64,000 nt of DNA, from positions 2,095 through 66,094 of the forward strand of contig JAZSKY010000071.1 in assembly GCA_045535095.1 (NCBI GenBank). The letters run 5' to 3'. A program made the translations under genes and the position numbers. This stretch comes from Eubacteriales bacterium (GTDB taxonomy: Bacteria; Bacillota; Clostridia; Oscillospirales; CAG-272). Shown here piece after piece: positions 20,641-30,051 of the stretch (its first letter is position 1; the number at the start of each line of letters is the position of its first letter). The notes under the pieces were generated by a model that ran no database searches, was not told the DNA's origin, and was given only the letters and a program-made list of their open reading frames with translations.

Positions 20641-21041
20641 AAACTCCCCTCGCTTAGCGTGATGTCCTTAACGGACATCACGCATCGATATAAATCCCTT
20701 ACGGGATTTTCGATATACGCCTTCGGCGTTCGATATGTGCTGCGCACTCGATATGTTTGCTGCGCAAACGAGGGATTTATATCATATCGAATTGGAGCGA
20801 AGCGACAATATATCGAGTTCGAGCAAAGCGAGAACATATCGAGTCAACGAAGTTGACATATCGACGTAAAGAAAAACAAGAGCAAGAATATAAGGTTTTC
20901 TCCTTGTACTCTTGCTCTATTTCTATCGTTATAAGGGTTTGGGCTTAGCTATTCTGCATTTGTCAGTACAAATGCGATGCTCGCACTTAACGGCGGTTTT
21001 CAAATTCTCCGTTAAGGACATCGCGCCAAAGCGAGGGGAGT
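20641..21041. repeat. Nested palindromic repeat element with about 33-nt terminal inverted repeats and a 4+4 array of TCGATAT/ATATCGA heptamers
   Basis: Left arm ACTCCCCTCGCTTAGCGTGATGTCCTTAACGGA (20643-20675). The right arm (21008-21041) has reverse complement ACTCCCCTCGCTTTGGCGCGATGTCCTTAACGGA. TCGATAT occurs at 20685, 20710, 20730 and 20748. ATATCGA occurs at 20784, 20810, 20836 and 20858. Every spacer is a mini-hairpin. Confidence 0.8.
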
Positions 21042-21048
21042 ATCTTTT

Positions 21049-21990
21049 TTAAAGTCCGAAAAGGGTGAGTATTATCGGAATCGTTGCTATCGAGATAGCG
21101 TGTGAAATGAGCGCCATTCCTGCCGCTACCGAGGTATCCTTTCCGTATGCCGCAGGGACAACAACCGTATTGAGTCCGAGGGGCATAGCCTCGGCGCAAA
21201 GCATACAGATAAAATAGTACTCGGGAATATCGAGAGACAAGAGTTTTGTAACTGCCAGATATACGCCGCCGAAGGCAAGGGGCAAAACAACGAGTCGCAC
21301 GATCGAAATGAAGTAAATGCTCTTTATTTTAAGCACCTTTTTGACGTCCATATTTGCAAAGGTCATACCGGTAATTATCATCGCAAGAGGGGACATACAG
21401 CTTCCGCAGGTATTTACCGCGCTGACTATGAAATCGGGGAGTCTGAGTCCCGAAATTCCGATAAGAGCGCCGATAAGAAGGGCTATGAACATAGGGTTGA
21501 CAAGCGCCTTTATTTTATCCTTAAAGCCTCCGTCCTCCCTGCCCATCAGCAGAGCGGGCACTCCCCAGACGTATATGAAGGTCCAAAGCGGCAGAGTGAA
21601 GATGATATAGTACATCTCATACTGCGGAAAAAGTGCGGTGACTATCGGGATTCCCATAAATCCGAAGTTCGCAAAGGCGAGTCCGTAGGTGTATATCTTC
21701 TGTATGTATTTATCGCGGCTCGCTATTTTCGCGCAAAGCATCGCGATAAATATTCCGATTACCGTAATTACGGTAGAAAAAAGGAGTATTCTCCACGCCG
21801 CGCCCAGCTTTTCGGGGGTGAAGTTCGTAATGAAGGTACCCATAACGAGGGCGGGAATGAAGATTGTGCTTTCGAGCTTCGAGAGAACTCCCGGCGCCTC
21901 AGGCCCTACCGCCTTGAATTTCGATACCGCAAATCCTATGATAATAAACAGCGCAAGCACTGCCATTTGCTTTAGTGATATAATTAGCAT
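21049..21990 (-). CDS. AEC (auxin efflux carrier) family permease
   Basis: 313 aa, about 10 TM segments, with an AEC-like N-terminus MLIISLKQMAVLALFIIIGFAVSK. Confidence 0.75.
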   Translation of the reverse strand: MLIISLKQMAVLALFIIIGFAVSKFKAVGPEAPGVLSKLESTIFIPALVMGTFITNFTPEKLGAAWRILLFSTVITVIGIFIAMLCAKIASRDKYIQKIYTYGLAFANFGFMGIPIVTALFPQYEMYYIIFTLPLWTFIYVWGVPALLMGREDGGFKDKIKALVNPMFIALLIGALIGISGLRLPDFIVSAVNTCGSCMSPLAMIITGMTFANMDVKKVLKIKSIYFISIVRLVVLPLAFGGVYLAVTKLLSLDIPEYYFICMLCAEAMPLGLNTVVVPAAYGKDTSVAAGMALISHAISIATIPIILTLFGL

Positions 21991-22184
21991 TTTTCTTTTT
22001 AAATTCCTATTTCTATTTTTATTCTTACGGGTATTATATACTTATTTATCCGCATTGTAAATAGCTTTGGTCAAAATAGTCAAAAAAGTTTTTATTTATT
22101 GTGCATTTTGCTACTTGTATTAGATATGATAAAATTATAAAATGTAACTGAGCGAGGATTCATTTTATAAAAAGGAGACAAGCT

Positions 22185-23495
22185 ATGAACACGGTTAAAT
22201 TTAATTCCGAAAAGACTCTCGGCAGGATAAAACCGATGCACGGAGTCAACAACGGGCCGATAACAAGGGCAGGCACGAGCAACTTTGACGCCTTTCGCGA
22301 GGCAGGTATTCCCTTTGTCAGAACGCACGACGCCTCCCTCTACGCAGGCTACGGCGGAGAGCATACCATCGACATTGCCGCAATATTCCCCGACTTTGAT
22401 GCCGACGTGTGCGACGAGGCGTCCTACGATTTTGCCTGCACCGACAAATATATTTCGGATATTCAGAGCCTTTCCGAGACCTTTTACCGACTCGGCACGA
22501 GAATCGAGCATGAGGTTAAAAAGTACCACATATACGCGCCGAAGGATCCCTTCAAGTGGGCGCAGATATGCGAGCATATAATCCGCCACTACACCGAGGG
22601 CTGGGCAAACGGATTCAACTACAAAATGACCTACTGGGAGATCTGGAACGAGCCCGATCTCTACAACAAATGCTGGATCGGTACTGACGAGCAGTTTTTC
22701 GAGCTTTATACTGTCGCTTCAAAGCACCTAAAGTCCTGCTTTTCCCACCTCAAGATCGGCGGCCCTGCGGTAACCGGACCGAAAAAGGCGTACAACGAGG
22801 CGTTTATTAAATATGCCGTGGAAAACGGCGCAGTTCTCGACTTTTTCTCCTATCATTGCTACGGAACCTGCCCTGAGGACTACGTAAGAAGAATCGGTGA
22901 CGTCAACGCGATCCTCGACAAGTACGGGGTAAAATGCGAGAAGATCCTCAACGAATGGAACTACGTAAAGGCATGGAGCGGCCCCGATGTCACCTACGGA
23001 TTCAGAGTCCAGCGATCCTCCAAGGGCGGCGCTTTCACCGCATCGGTAATTGCCGCTTGTCAGAAATCGGACCTCGATATGCTTATGTACTACGACGCGC
23101 GTCCTACCATCTGGAACGGCCTCTTCAACGATTTTAACGAAAAGGGCAAGCAGTACTTTGCGCTCTATTTCTTTAACAAGCTCTACGAAATGGGGCTCGA
23201 AACCGAATCGATCGTCAACGGCGAAAAAATCTACGCGATCTCGGCAAAGGGTGATGACGGCAAAAAAGGATTTTACATCGTTACGTACAACGACGATGAC
23301 AGCGCCGAAAACGAGATCGAGTACAGTCTCGAAATCACGGGACTTTCCTTCCCTTGCAAGGCGTCATTCTATCTCACCGACTCGCAAAATGACGGCGCGC
23401 TTATAAAAGAGGAGACGCTCTCGGCGGACAGCTACTGCGTGTCACTTAAAACAGAGAAAAACTCGATAGTTTATATTGAAACCGAAACAATTTAA
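22185..23495 (+). CDS. Clan GH-A TIM-barrel glycoside hydrolase (GH39-like)
   Basis: 436 aa with no signal peptide. YWEIWNEPD acid/base motif. AAGGAGA RBS. Confidence 0.6.
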   Translation: MNTVKFNSEKTLGRIKPMHGVNNGPITRAGTSNFDAFREAGIPFVRTHDASLYAGYGGEHTIDIAAIFPDFDADVCDEASYDFACTDKYISDIQSLSETFYRLGTRIEHEVKKYHIYAPKDPFKWAQICEHIIRHYTEGWANGFNYKMTYWEIWNEPDLYNKCWIGTDEQFFELYTVASKHLKSCFSHLKIGGPAVTGPKKAYNEAFIKYAVENGAVLDFFSYHCYGTCPEDYVRRIGDVNAILDKYGVKCEKILNEWNYVKAWSGPDVTYGFRVQRSSKGGAFTASVIAACQKSDLDMLMYYDARPTIWNGLFNDFNEKGKQYFALYFFNKLYEMGLETESIVNGEKIYAISAKGDDGKKGFYIVTYNDDDSAENEIEYSLEITGLSFPCKASFYLTDSQNDGALIKEETLSADSYCVSLKTEKNSIVYIETETI

Positions 23496-23501
23496 ATCAA
23501 A

Positions 23502-23536
23502 ACGGACGGTGCAAATGCACCGTCCGTTATTTTTTA
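23502..23536. terminator. Bidirectional intrinsic terminator between convergent genes
   Basis: ACGGACGGTGC-AAA-(T)GCACCGTCCGT flanked by an A-run and TTATTTTTT. Confidence 0.85.
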
Positions 23537-24802
23537 AAGTGAAGAAAACATAGCCTTGATCTCGCGGCTGTTTTTCGCAGCATCGTGATATTTTCGGGCT
23601 GTTTCAAGTCCGTTTTCTGCCGCGCGGCGACGAAGGTCTGCGTCGTCAAATGCTGCAGAAAGCGTCTTTTCAAGCTCGTCTTGCGACGTGCAGGTAATTG
23701 CCGCGTCATTCTTTATAAGATGCTCCATCGAGGCAACCTCTTTCGGCCCGTAGGCGAAAAGAGGTATTCCGCTTGCGAGACTGTCGGCGATCTTGGTGGA
23801 GACCGAGTGCTTTACAAGGTCGATGCTCTTTTCGTCAAACGCCTCGGTATGCAGAAGCATATCGGACACGCGAAGGGTTTCCTCGAACTCCCTACCCGAG
23901 ATAAATCCGCAAAGTGAGATCGACTTTATGCCGTCAAAAGCTCGCAGAATATCGGGATTTTTCTCGCCTGTATAAATTTTGAGCGAGTAGCTTGCACCAA
24001 GCGTTTCGTTTAGTCTATCGAGCGCTCTGCCTATTTCGGCAAGCGAGACATGTCTGTTGCACGAAATATTTCCGAAATAGCATATTGCCTTCGGAGCGTC
24101 GCTGACACTTATGCTTTCCGAGACTCCGTAGCTATTTCCCGTCATAACAACGCTTGCAGGAACTCCGAATTTTTTCTCATAAAGCTCTTTTATATCGTCG
24201 CATATCGTTATAAGGTGCGACGTTTTTTTCATCAGCTTATCGGTCTTTTTTCTAAGAAGAAAGAGCTGAAGCTTGCCCAGAAGACCTTTGGGCTCGTTCA
24301 CGAAATAATAATCGTCACAAATATAGGTTATTATCGGAATATTTAATTTTTTCGATATTTTAAGCGCTATATCGTATATAAATTTCGCGTATCCGGGTGA
24401 CAAAAATATCGCCGTCGGCGCTTCCCTTTCAAGCCACGCGGAAAGATCCTTCGTGAAGTAGTGGGAGAGAGACCACGCGCAATCTCTTATAAAATTCTTG
24501 AAATCCGAGCGGGCTCCCTGCTTTTTATTAAAGTCGGCGGCCTTTGAATTATCATAAAGTGTATGCTGCTCGGTTTCCGGGAAAACAACGCTTCCGTTCA
24601 CCTTGAACTTAACGAACGAGGTTAAAATATCATAATCAGTTGTTCGGTAGTAGGAATTACATTTATCCGTATCGGGCGTAGATGGGTATATATAGAATTG
24701 ACAAAGCTCGCTTTTTTCAAACTGACTAAAAAGCGTTGACAACGTCTTTCCCATATTATTATACGTAGATATTGGATTGTGAGATAAGATCAGAATCTTC
24801 AT
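23534..24802 (-). CDS. Glycosyltransferase (GT4-like)
   Basis: Start re-set to MKILILSHNP (ATG 24802) after AGGAAAG. The C-terminal half has a GT1/GT4 EX7E-type region (LHTEAFDEKSIDLVKHSVSTKIADSLASGIPLFAYG). Confidence 0.75.
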   Translation of the reverse strand: MKILILSHNPISTYNNMGKTLSTLFSQFEKSELCQFYIYPSTPDTDKCNSYYRTTDYDILTSFVKFKVNGSVVFPETEQHTLYDNSKAADFNKKQGARSDFKNFIRDCAWSLSHYFTKDLSAWLEREAPTAIFLSPGYAKFIYDIALKISKKLNIPIITYICDDYYFVNEPKGLLGKLQLFLLRKKTDKLMKKTSHLITICDDIKELYEKKFGVPASVVMTGNSYGVSESISVSDAPKAICYFGNISCNRHVSLAEIGRALDRLNETLGASYSLKIYTGEKNPDILRAFDGIKSISLCGFISGREFEETLRVSDMLLHTEAFDEKSIDLVKHSVSTKIADSLASGIPLFAYGPKEVASMEHLIKNDAAITCTSQDELEKTLSAAFDDADLRRRAAENGLETARKYHDAAKNSREIKAMFSSL

Positions 24803-24859
24803 AAAGCTTTCCTGTAAATTGCAGATTTTACGCCAGTTTATCTCAACCGACAATTATAT

Positions 24860-25159
24860 TCAGAAAATCATTTTATTTTTTGAATTAGAATAAAGTTTTT
24901 CATCTTTTTCGTGCTCATACATACTGTGAACACTTTCGTCAGCAACAATTTCGTTGCCACATACTCGGAATCTGTAATATGACTTCAAAACATCCATATC
25001 CGTAATGCGATAAAACGATGAACAAGTATCACCATCAGGGATTGCCGGATATATGTAAAATTGACACAATTCCGATTTTTGAAAAGATGAAAAAAGGGAG
25101 ATAAAAGTCTTTCCCATATTAAATTGTGTACTCATGGGAACATGACTAATGATTAACAC
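24860..25159 (-). pseudogene. N-terminal remnant of a paralogous or allelic copy of the downstream GT4-like gene
   Basis: The 99-aa ORF MLIISHVPMSTQFNMGKTFISLFSSFQKSELCQFYIYPAIPDGDTCSSFYRITDMDVL aligns residue for residue with aa 3-60 of the 23534-24802 product (ILILSHNPISTYNNMGKTLSTLFSQFEKSELCQFYIYPSTPDTDKCNSYYRTTDYDIL), then stops. Confidence 0.7.
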
Positions 25160-25940
25160 CTTCCCTTTGTCCGACCTTATTTAACCTTTTACTATATATT
25201 TTTCTTCTTTTTGTAACGCTATGTATTGTATACCATAAAACCAATGCGCAAGATTCCAACCTACTATATCCCACCGCTATATATGAATTAAACAGCATTT
25301 TTGCCGATTTCACCCGATTGCTAGATTTAGAATTCGAACAAATACGATATACCAACAAAGGCTCATTTATACCATAAGCAACTTTATGTTCACGTAACAC
25401 ACAAAGCCAAACATAATAATCTTCATGCATATTGTCATTTGGCATTTTAATCTTCCGCATAATTGAAGTCCGAATCATAACTGACGAGCAAGACATTAAG
25501 TTCTTATGAAGTAATGTATTGTAGTCCAACATCTCAATTGCAGTCATAACATATTCATATGGTTTACCCTCTTCATCTATAAATGCAGAAGCTGTATAAC
25601 ACACTGCCATATCTGGGTATTTCTTCGATAACATCAACTGTTTTTCAAGTTTCTCAGGCATCCAAAGATCATCACTGTCTAAAAAAGCGATCCATTCTCC
25701 TCTCGCCAACTCCACAGCACGATTACGTGTGTAAGATGCTCCACTATTTTTCTCATTTTGTAAAAATCTTATCCGGTTATCTACAGATGCCATTTCTCGA
25801 AGAATATCCGCTGTACAGTCTTTAGAGCCATCGTCAATAACAATTAACTCCCAATCTTGAAACGTCTGCAATTGAACGGATTTAATAGAATCGCGAATAG
25901 TCTTAGCTGCGTTATATGCAGGCATAACTATACTTACCAC
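25146..25940 (-). CDS. Family 2 glycosyltransferase
   Basis: GTG start. IVMPAYNAAKTI...ELIVIDDGSKD...FLDSDDLW. Confidence 0.88.
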   Translation of the reverse strand: MVSIVMPAYNAAKTIRDSIKSVQLQTFQDWELIVIDDGSKDCTADILREMASVDNRIRFLQNEKNSGASYTRNRAVELARGEWIAFLDSDDLWMPEKLEKQLMLSKKYPDMAVCYTASAFIDEEGKPYEYVMTAIEMLDYNTLLHKNLMSCSSVMIRTSIMRKIKMPNDNMHEDYYVWLCVLREHKVAYGINEPLLVYRICSNSKSSNRVKSAKMLFNSYIAVGYSRLESCALVLWYTIHSVTKRRKIYSKRLNKVGQREGVNH

Positions 25941-25958
25941 ACTAACACCACCATTTCA

Positions 25959-26804
25959 TTAAACACTTTTAACAATACTTGCTTCGTTATCAATAGTTAT
26001 GTAAGAATAATTGAAATCTTCTGTGTCCCGATAGACTAATGACCCAAATCCTTTTTGGACCACAGGAACACACAATCTCAACAAGCAAATAATCAAAGCC
26101 GTTAAATATTCAAAATGTATTTTTTTATTCAAAGAAGTTGCTATGTACTTTGCCATATCTGAGGTACATACATAAGTATGATTCTGCGGGAAATACACTC
26201 CGCATAAACCACTATCTATACTTAACTTTACAAACGAACTTAAATTGTCAATATAAATCATACTTCTCTCATTCTTCACATTTGGAAAAATGGGCGATTT
26301 CTTAACAATCTTAACAACCGTCTGAAAATTTCCTTTACATCCTTTACCATACACCATAGGTGGTCTAAGAACACACACCTTAAAACTCTCATCCTCAAGT
26401 TTCATTATACCCTCTTCAGCCTGCAACTTAGATTTTCCATAATGGCTCTTGGGCTTTGGCAGAGTTTCTTTTGTAATAACTCCGGTGTGCATTCCGTAAA
26501 CGCTCATAGAGCTAAGGAAAACAAATTGTTTAACTCCATCATGCTTAGCTTTTTTTGCAGTTTCAACAGCAAGATCTCTATTAATTTCGTAATAGAAGCA
26601 AGCATTTTTTTTGGTTTCTTTTTGATGAGCTATTCCTGCGACATGAAAGACACTATCGTACTCCGAAAAATTTTTTTCTCGCCAGCTACCATCGATCATA
26701 TCAACGGTTTCGATGATATATTCATCGTGACAATTTTCCTTTATATAATTTTCAAAGGAAGTGCCTATATAACTGTTTGCACCGGTAATCAATATTTTTT
26801 TCAT
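25959..26804 (-). CDS. NAD-dependent sugar epimerase/dehydratase (short SDR)
   Basis: 281 aa. MKKILITGANSYIG Rossmann motif and YGKSK catalytic motif. Confidence 0.8.
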   Translation of the reverse strand: MKKILITGANSYIGTSFENYIKENCHDEYIIETVDMIDGSWREKNFSEYDSVFHVAGIAHQKETKKNACFYYEINRDLAVETAKKAKHDGVKQFVFLSSMSVYGMHTGVITKETLPKPKSHYGKSKLQAEEGIMKLEDESFKVCVLRPPMVYGKGCKGNFQTVVKIVKKSPIFPNVKNERSMIYIDNLSSFVKLSIDSGLCGVYFPQNHTYVCTSDMAKYIATSLNKKIHFEYLTALIICLLRLCVPVVQKGFGSLVYRDTEDFNYSYITIDNEASIVKSV

Positions 26805-27451
26805 TTCGATACCAATTCTTCATTTCTCTCTTCTTGCTTCTTCATCTCTCCGGTACCGCCCTCTACGACTCCGTCAGATTTCAAGACACTGACAACCGTA
26901 CCGAAAAGGCACTTTATATCCATTGCCATTCCCTTGAAAGCCCCCGAATTAAGCGCCTCGGTGTATTCGCCGTCAAGTCTTGCTTTGACCTCTATTTCAA
27001 GCTCGTCACGACCGTTTATCTGCGCCCACCCCGTAAGACCGGGCTTTATGTCATTAGCACCGTACTTATCGCGCTCCTCTATGAGATCGTACTGATTCCA
27101 AAGAGCGGGTCTCGGACCGCAAATGCTCATATCTCCAAGAAATATATTGAACAGCTGCGGCAGCTCATCTATCGATGCTTTACGAATAAATTTCTGCCAC
27201 TTGCTCAGCTGATTTTTGTTCTCAAACTGGTGCGTAGGCATATCCTTGGGCACACTTGTAGGCATACTTCTGAACTTTAATATAGTAAACGTTTTCTTAT
27301 GTATTCCAATTCTGTTTTGCCTGAATATTACAGGTCCCGGAGAATCAATTTTTATAATTATTGATACCACAAGCATTGGCAGGGCAAGAAATATTATTGC
27401 AATTCCTGACGCAAGAATATCTACAAGTCTTTTTATAAAACTCTTATACAT
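26801..27451 (-). CDS. Initiating undecaprenyl-phosphate sugar phosphotransferase (small PglC/WbaP-C type)
   Basis: 216 aa. IKRLVDILAS...SPGPVIFRQNRIG...FKFRSM...DELPQLFN...GDMSICGPRP. Confidence 0.9.
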   Translation of the reverse strand: MYKSFIKRLVDILASGIAIIFLALPMLVVSIIIKIDSPGPVIFRQNRIGIHKKTFTILKFRSMPTSVPKDMPTHQFENKNQLSKWQKFIRKASIDELPQLFNIFLGDMSICGPRPALWNQYDLIEERDKYGANDIKPGLTGWAQINGRDELEIEVKARLDGEYTEALNSGAFKGMAMDIKCLFGTVVSVLKSDGVVEGGTGEMKKQEERNEELVSK

Positions 27452-27547
27452 TGTAAATTACCGTCCAATAATCAAATCGCAAAGGTTGACCTCGCGTGTA
27501 TTTCTTATAATCCAAGTTGTGCGAAGAGTTCCCTCTTCGCACAAAAG

Positions 27548-28516
27548 TCAAGTTTCTTTTTTATCGTAGAACAGTCGAATGACGAGTCCTTCAAGCTCCT
27601 TGGGATCGACTCTGAATTCCATATATTTTTCGCCGACCGTGTTTTCTCCGACGGGAGATACGATCTCGCGGAACTCGTAGTCGGAATATCTGCCGACGAA
27701 CGCGCTCATTGCGTCCAGACTGCAGTCTGTGACCATATATTCGGAAAGATCCTTATACGCTCCGATAATGAAGCTATCGTTCGAATCGAGCGTTCTTTTA
27801 AGAGAATCCATAAAGCCCTTCATGTATTCCTCTTGACGCTTCATTCTCGACACGTTAAGCTGATCACCGACGTCCTGTCTTGTGCGCACGAAATCGAGTG
27901 CCTGCTTTCCGAAAAGGGTTACAGTTCCCTTCTCAATTCCCGTTTCCTCGGGGAATTCATCGGTTACGTTTACGGTTACGCCTCCGACAGAGTTGTTCAG
28001 AATAGCAACCGCGTCCATCGTGAGCGAAATATAATTATCTATCTCAAGTCCGTAAAGGAACTCGGATACGGTAGCTCTGACGTTTTCACAGCTATCCTTA
28101 AGTCCGCTTCCGTAGGTATGCGAAAGAGCAAGCTGACCGTACGCCTTACCTGCGTACTTACCGCCGAGTCCTATCGTCGGCATATCGAGCATGGTATCGC
28201 GGTTGAGACAAAGAATGCTATACGTTTTCTCGCTTTCGTTGAAGATAAGCAGAGCGATCATATCGGCCTCACCGTCATTTCTGTACGAATGACTGTCCTC
28301 GGCCTTTCCCTCTTTATCAACACCGATCAGCAGAAACACGTTGATATCCTGCTTAGGAAAATATTTTACGCCGTCTATTTCGAGCGTTTTTGATTCGGCA
28401 TCGTCCACACTGTCGGATCGGTTACCGCCTCTCAGCATCTGCGCGATACTGAAAACCATCAAAGCAAGCAGCAAAAGGACAGTAATGCCGGAGATAACGT
28501 TTCTCCTATTCAGCAC
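27548..28516 (-). CDS. LytR-CpsA-Psr (LCP) family glycopolymer transferase
   Basis: 322 aa with an N-terminal TM. LLIGVDK...EADMIALLIFNESEKTYSILCLNRDT. Confidence 0.85.
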   Translation of the reverse strand: MLNRRNVISGITVLLLLALMVFSIAQMLRGGNRSDSVDDAESKTLEIDGVKYFPKQDINVFLLIGVDKEGKAEDSHSYRNDGEADMIALLIFNESEKTYSILCLNRDTMLDMPTIGLGGKYAGKAYGQLALSHTYGSGLKDSCENVRATVSEFLYGLEIDNYISLTMDAVAILNNSVGGVTVNVTDEFPEETGIEKGTVTLFGKQALDFVRTRQDVGDQLNVSRMKRQEEYMKGFMDSLKRTLDSNDSFIIGAYKDLSEYMVTDCSLDAMSAFVGRYSDYEFREIVSPVGENTVGEKYMEFRVDPKELEGLVIRLFYDKKET

Positions 28517-28539
28517 TGCTAATTCTCCTTTTTGTCTGA

Positions 28540-29304
28540 TTATTTGCTCTTTCTTACTGCGCGTCTGTTAGCTACGATTACCGCTACGATAAGAAGCGCG
28601 GATACTGCGGCAACTACCGCCCATACGTACGAAAGATCGAAAACGCCGGTCTCGGGCGAATCCGGTCTGCCCTCGCCCTCGATGAATATTGCAACGGGGC
28701 AGAAATTCTCGAACGTTCCGGTGACAGTACCGTCTCCGTTATTTACAACGCTTTCAATGGGAGCCCACGCGCCGTTTTTATAGGTCATAATAAAGACCTC
28801 TTCCTCAGGAGCGATCGAGATATCGAAGGTGATATCAAGTGTCGTTCCCGCAGGTGCGAGTGCTGCCTCAAGGTTATCGCAAATAACGCTTACGTCAAAG
28901 AGATCCTTGACCACGAGGTCGTCTCCGTCCTTGCCGTTACCAAGCTTCGATGCAACGAGAAGGTTAAGCTCTTCGCTGAGCGTGGAAAGACGGGTATCCT
29001 GATCGTTAAGATCAGCATAAACGTCAAGAAGCAGTTCTAACGCCTCTGCAATTTCGGGGTATGCGTTAGAGGTGCTTGCCTCGGAAACGGGAGTTACAAC
29101 GAGACAGTCCTCGTACACCTTGCGGTCATGCTCTTCACTGCCTACGTTTCCAACGATCTCGCCTACAAGTCCTGTGGCGGGATCCGAGAGAACGATCTCG
29201 GGCGCTCCTTTATAAGATATACTGGGCACGAAATTACTCGCAAAAACGGTCATCGGAACGAGAACCATTACAAGTACCATAGCCAAAGAGAGAAGTTTTT
29301 TCAT
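28540..29304 (-). CDS. Secreted surface protein with an (S/P)PxTG-type sorting signal
   Basis: Signal peptide MKKLLSLAMVLVMVLVPMTVFA. The C-terminus is SPETG followed by a hydrophobic stretch and RRAVRKSK. Confidence 0.55.
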   Translation of the reverse strand: MKKLLSLAMVLVMVLVPMTVFASNFVPSISYKGAPEIVLSDPATGLVGEIVGNVGSEEHDRKVYEDCLVVTPVSEASTSNAYPEIAEALELLLDVYADLNDQDTRLSTLSEELNLLVASKLGNGKDGDDLVVKDLFDVSVICDNLEAALAPAGTTLDITFDISIAPEEEVFIMTYKNGAWAPIESVVNNGDGTVTGTFENFCPVAIFIEGEGRPDSPETGVFDLSYVWAVVAAVSALLIVAVIVANRRAVRKSK

Positions 29305-29331
29305 AATCGGTCTCCTTTATAAGATCTCGGG

Positions 29332-30048
29332 TTACTTACTGTTTAAAATATCGTTTTCGACAGAGTTTATATAGTCCACTGCGCCATCTCCGAGCGCCCC
29401 TACAAGTATCTCTATCGCTTTATCTATATTAGGACGCCTACTACTCATATTATGAGCGTCGCTTCCCAAAAGATGAACTATTCCGCATTTAAAGGTCTTT
29501 ATTGCCCTTTTTCTCGTGGACCGTCTGACGAAAAAGTCCGTTCCCATCTGAACTGTTACGGGAAGAGATGCGAGTGAGTCAAACGAAACGCAAGAATGAA
29601 ATCTGCCGATATATCTGTCGATATGGGCGATTATCGGCACAAGTCCCTTTTTCCCGTGGATCTCGGAAAGCTCGGAGAGCATTCTTTTCGTCCAGCGCGA
29701 AAAGGGCATTTCGATCATTATAAGATCTGTGTCTGATATTGCAAGAGAGGAAAGATATTCGCAGTCGCTCATTCCCTCGAAATATTTTACCTCGGCACCG
29801 AGAAGAAGCCTCGGGAGGCTCTCTCCGCTTTCCGCGATCGCCCTCTCAAGCGTTGCAAGAGACTCTGCTCTTCGCTTTAAAAAATCCTCAGGGCGCTCTT
29901 TATCGGGGTAAAAATGGGGAGTCAGTACTACCGTGCCGACACCTTGAGACGCTTCTGCACGAAGCATCTCAAGCGACGTCTCGACGCTCGGGCTTCCGTC
30001 GTCCATACACGGAAGAATGTGAGTGTGAAAATCAACTACGCTCTTCAT
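29332..30048 (-). CDS. PHP-family protein-tyrosine phosphatase (CpsB/YwqE type)
   Basis: 238 aa. VDFHTHILPCMDDGS and GSDAHN motifs. Confidence 0.9.
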   Translation of the reverse strand: MKSVVDFHTHILPCMDDGSPSVETSLEMLRAEASQGVGTVVLTPHFYPDKERPEDFLKRRAESLATLERAIAESGESLPRLLLGAEVKYFEGMSDCEYLSSLAISDTDLIMIEMPFSRWTKRMLSELSEIHGKKGLVPIIAHIDRYIGRFHSCVSFDSLASLPVTVQMGTDFFVRRSTRKRAIKTFKCGIVHLLGSDAHNMSSRRPNIDKAIEILVGALGDGAVDYINSVENDILNSK

Positions 30049-30051
30049 TGC

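Noticed and set aside
20685-20864. The heptamer array as a CRISPR array.
   Set aside because: The repeats are only 7 nt and the spacers 11-19 nt. The spacers are themselves palindromic, the two halves are in inverted orientation, and there are no cas genes nearby.
20631-20948. Short ORFs (68, 65 and 63 aa) in the ORF track inside the palindromic element.
   Set aside because: They have no RBS and overlap each other on both strands. Their sequence is dictated by the repeat/hairpin structure. They are most likely non-coding.
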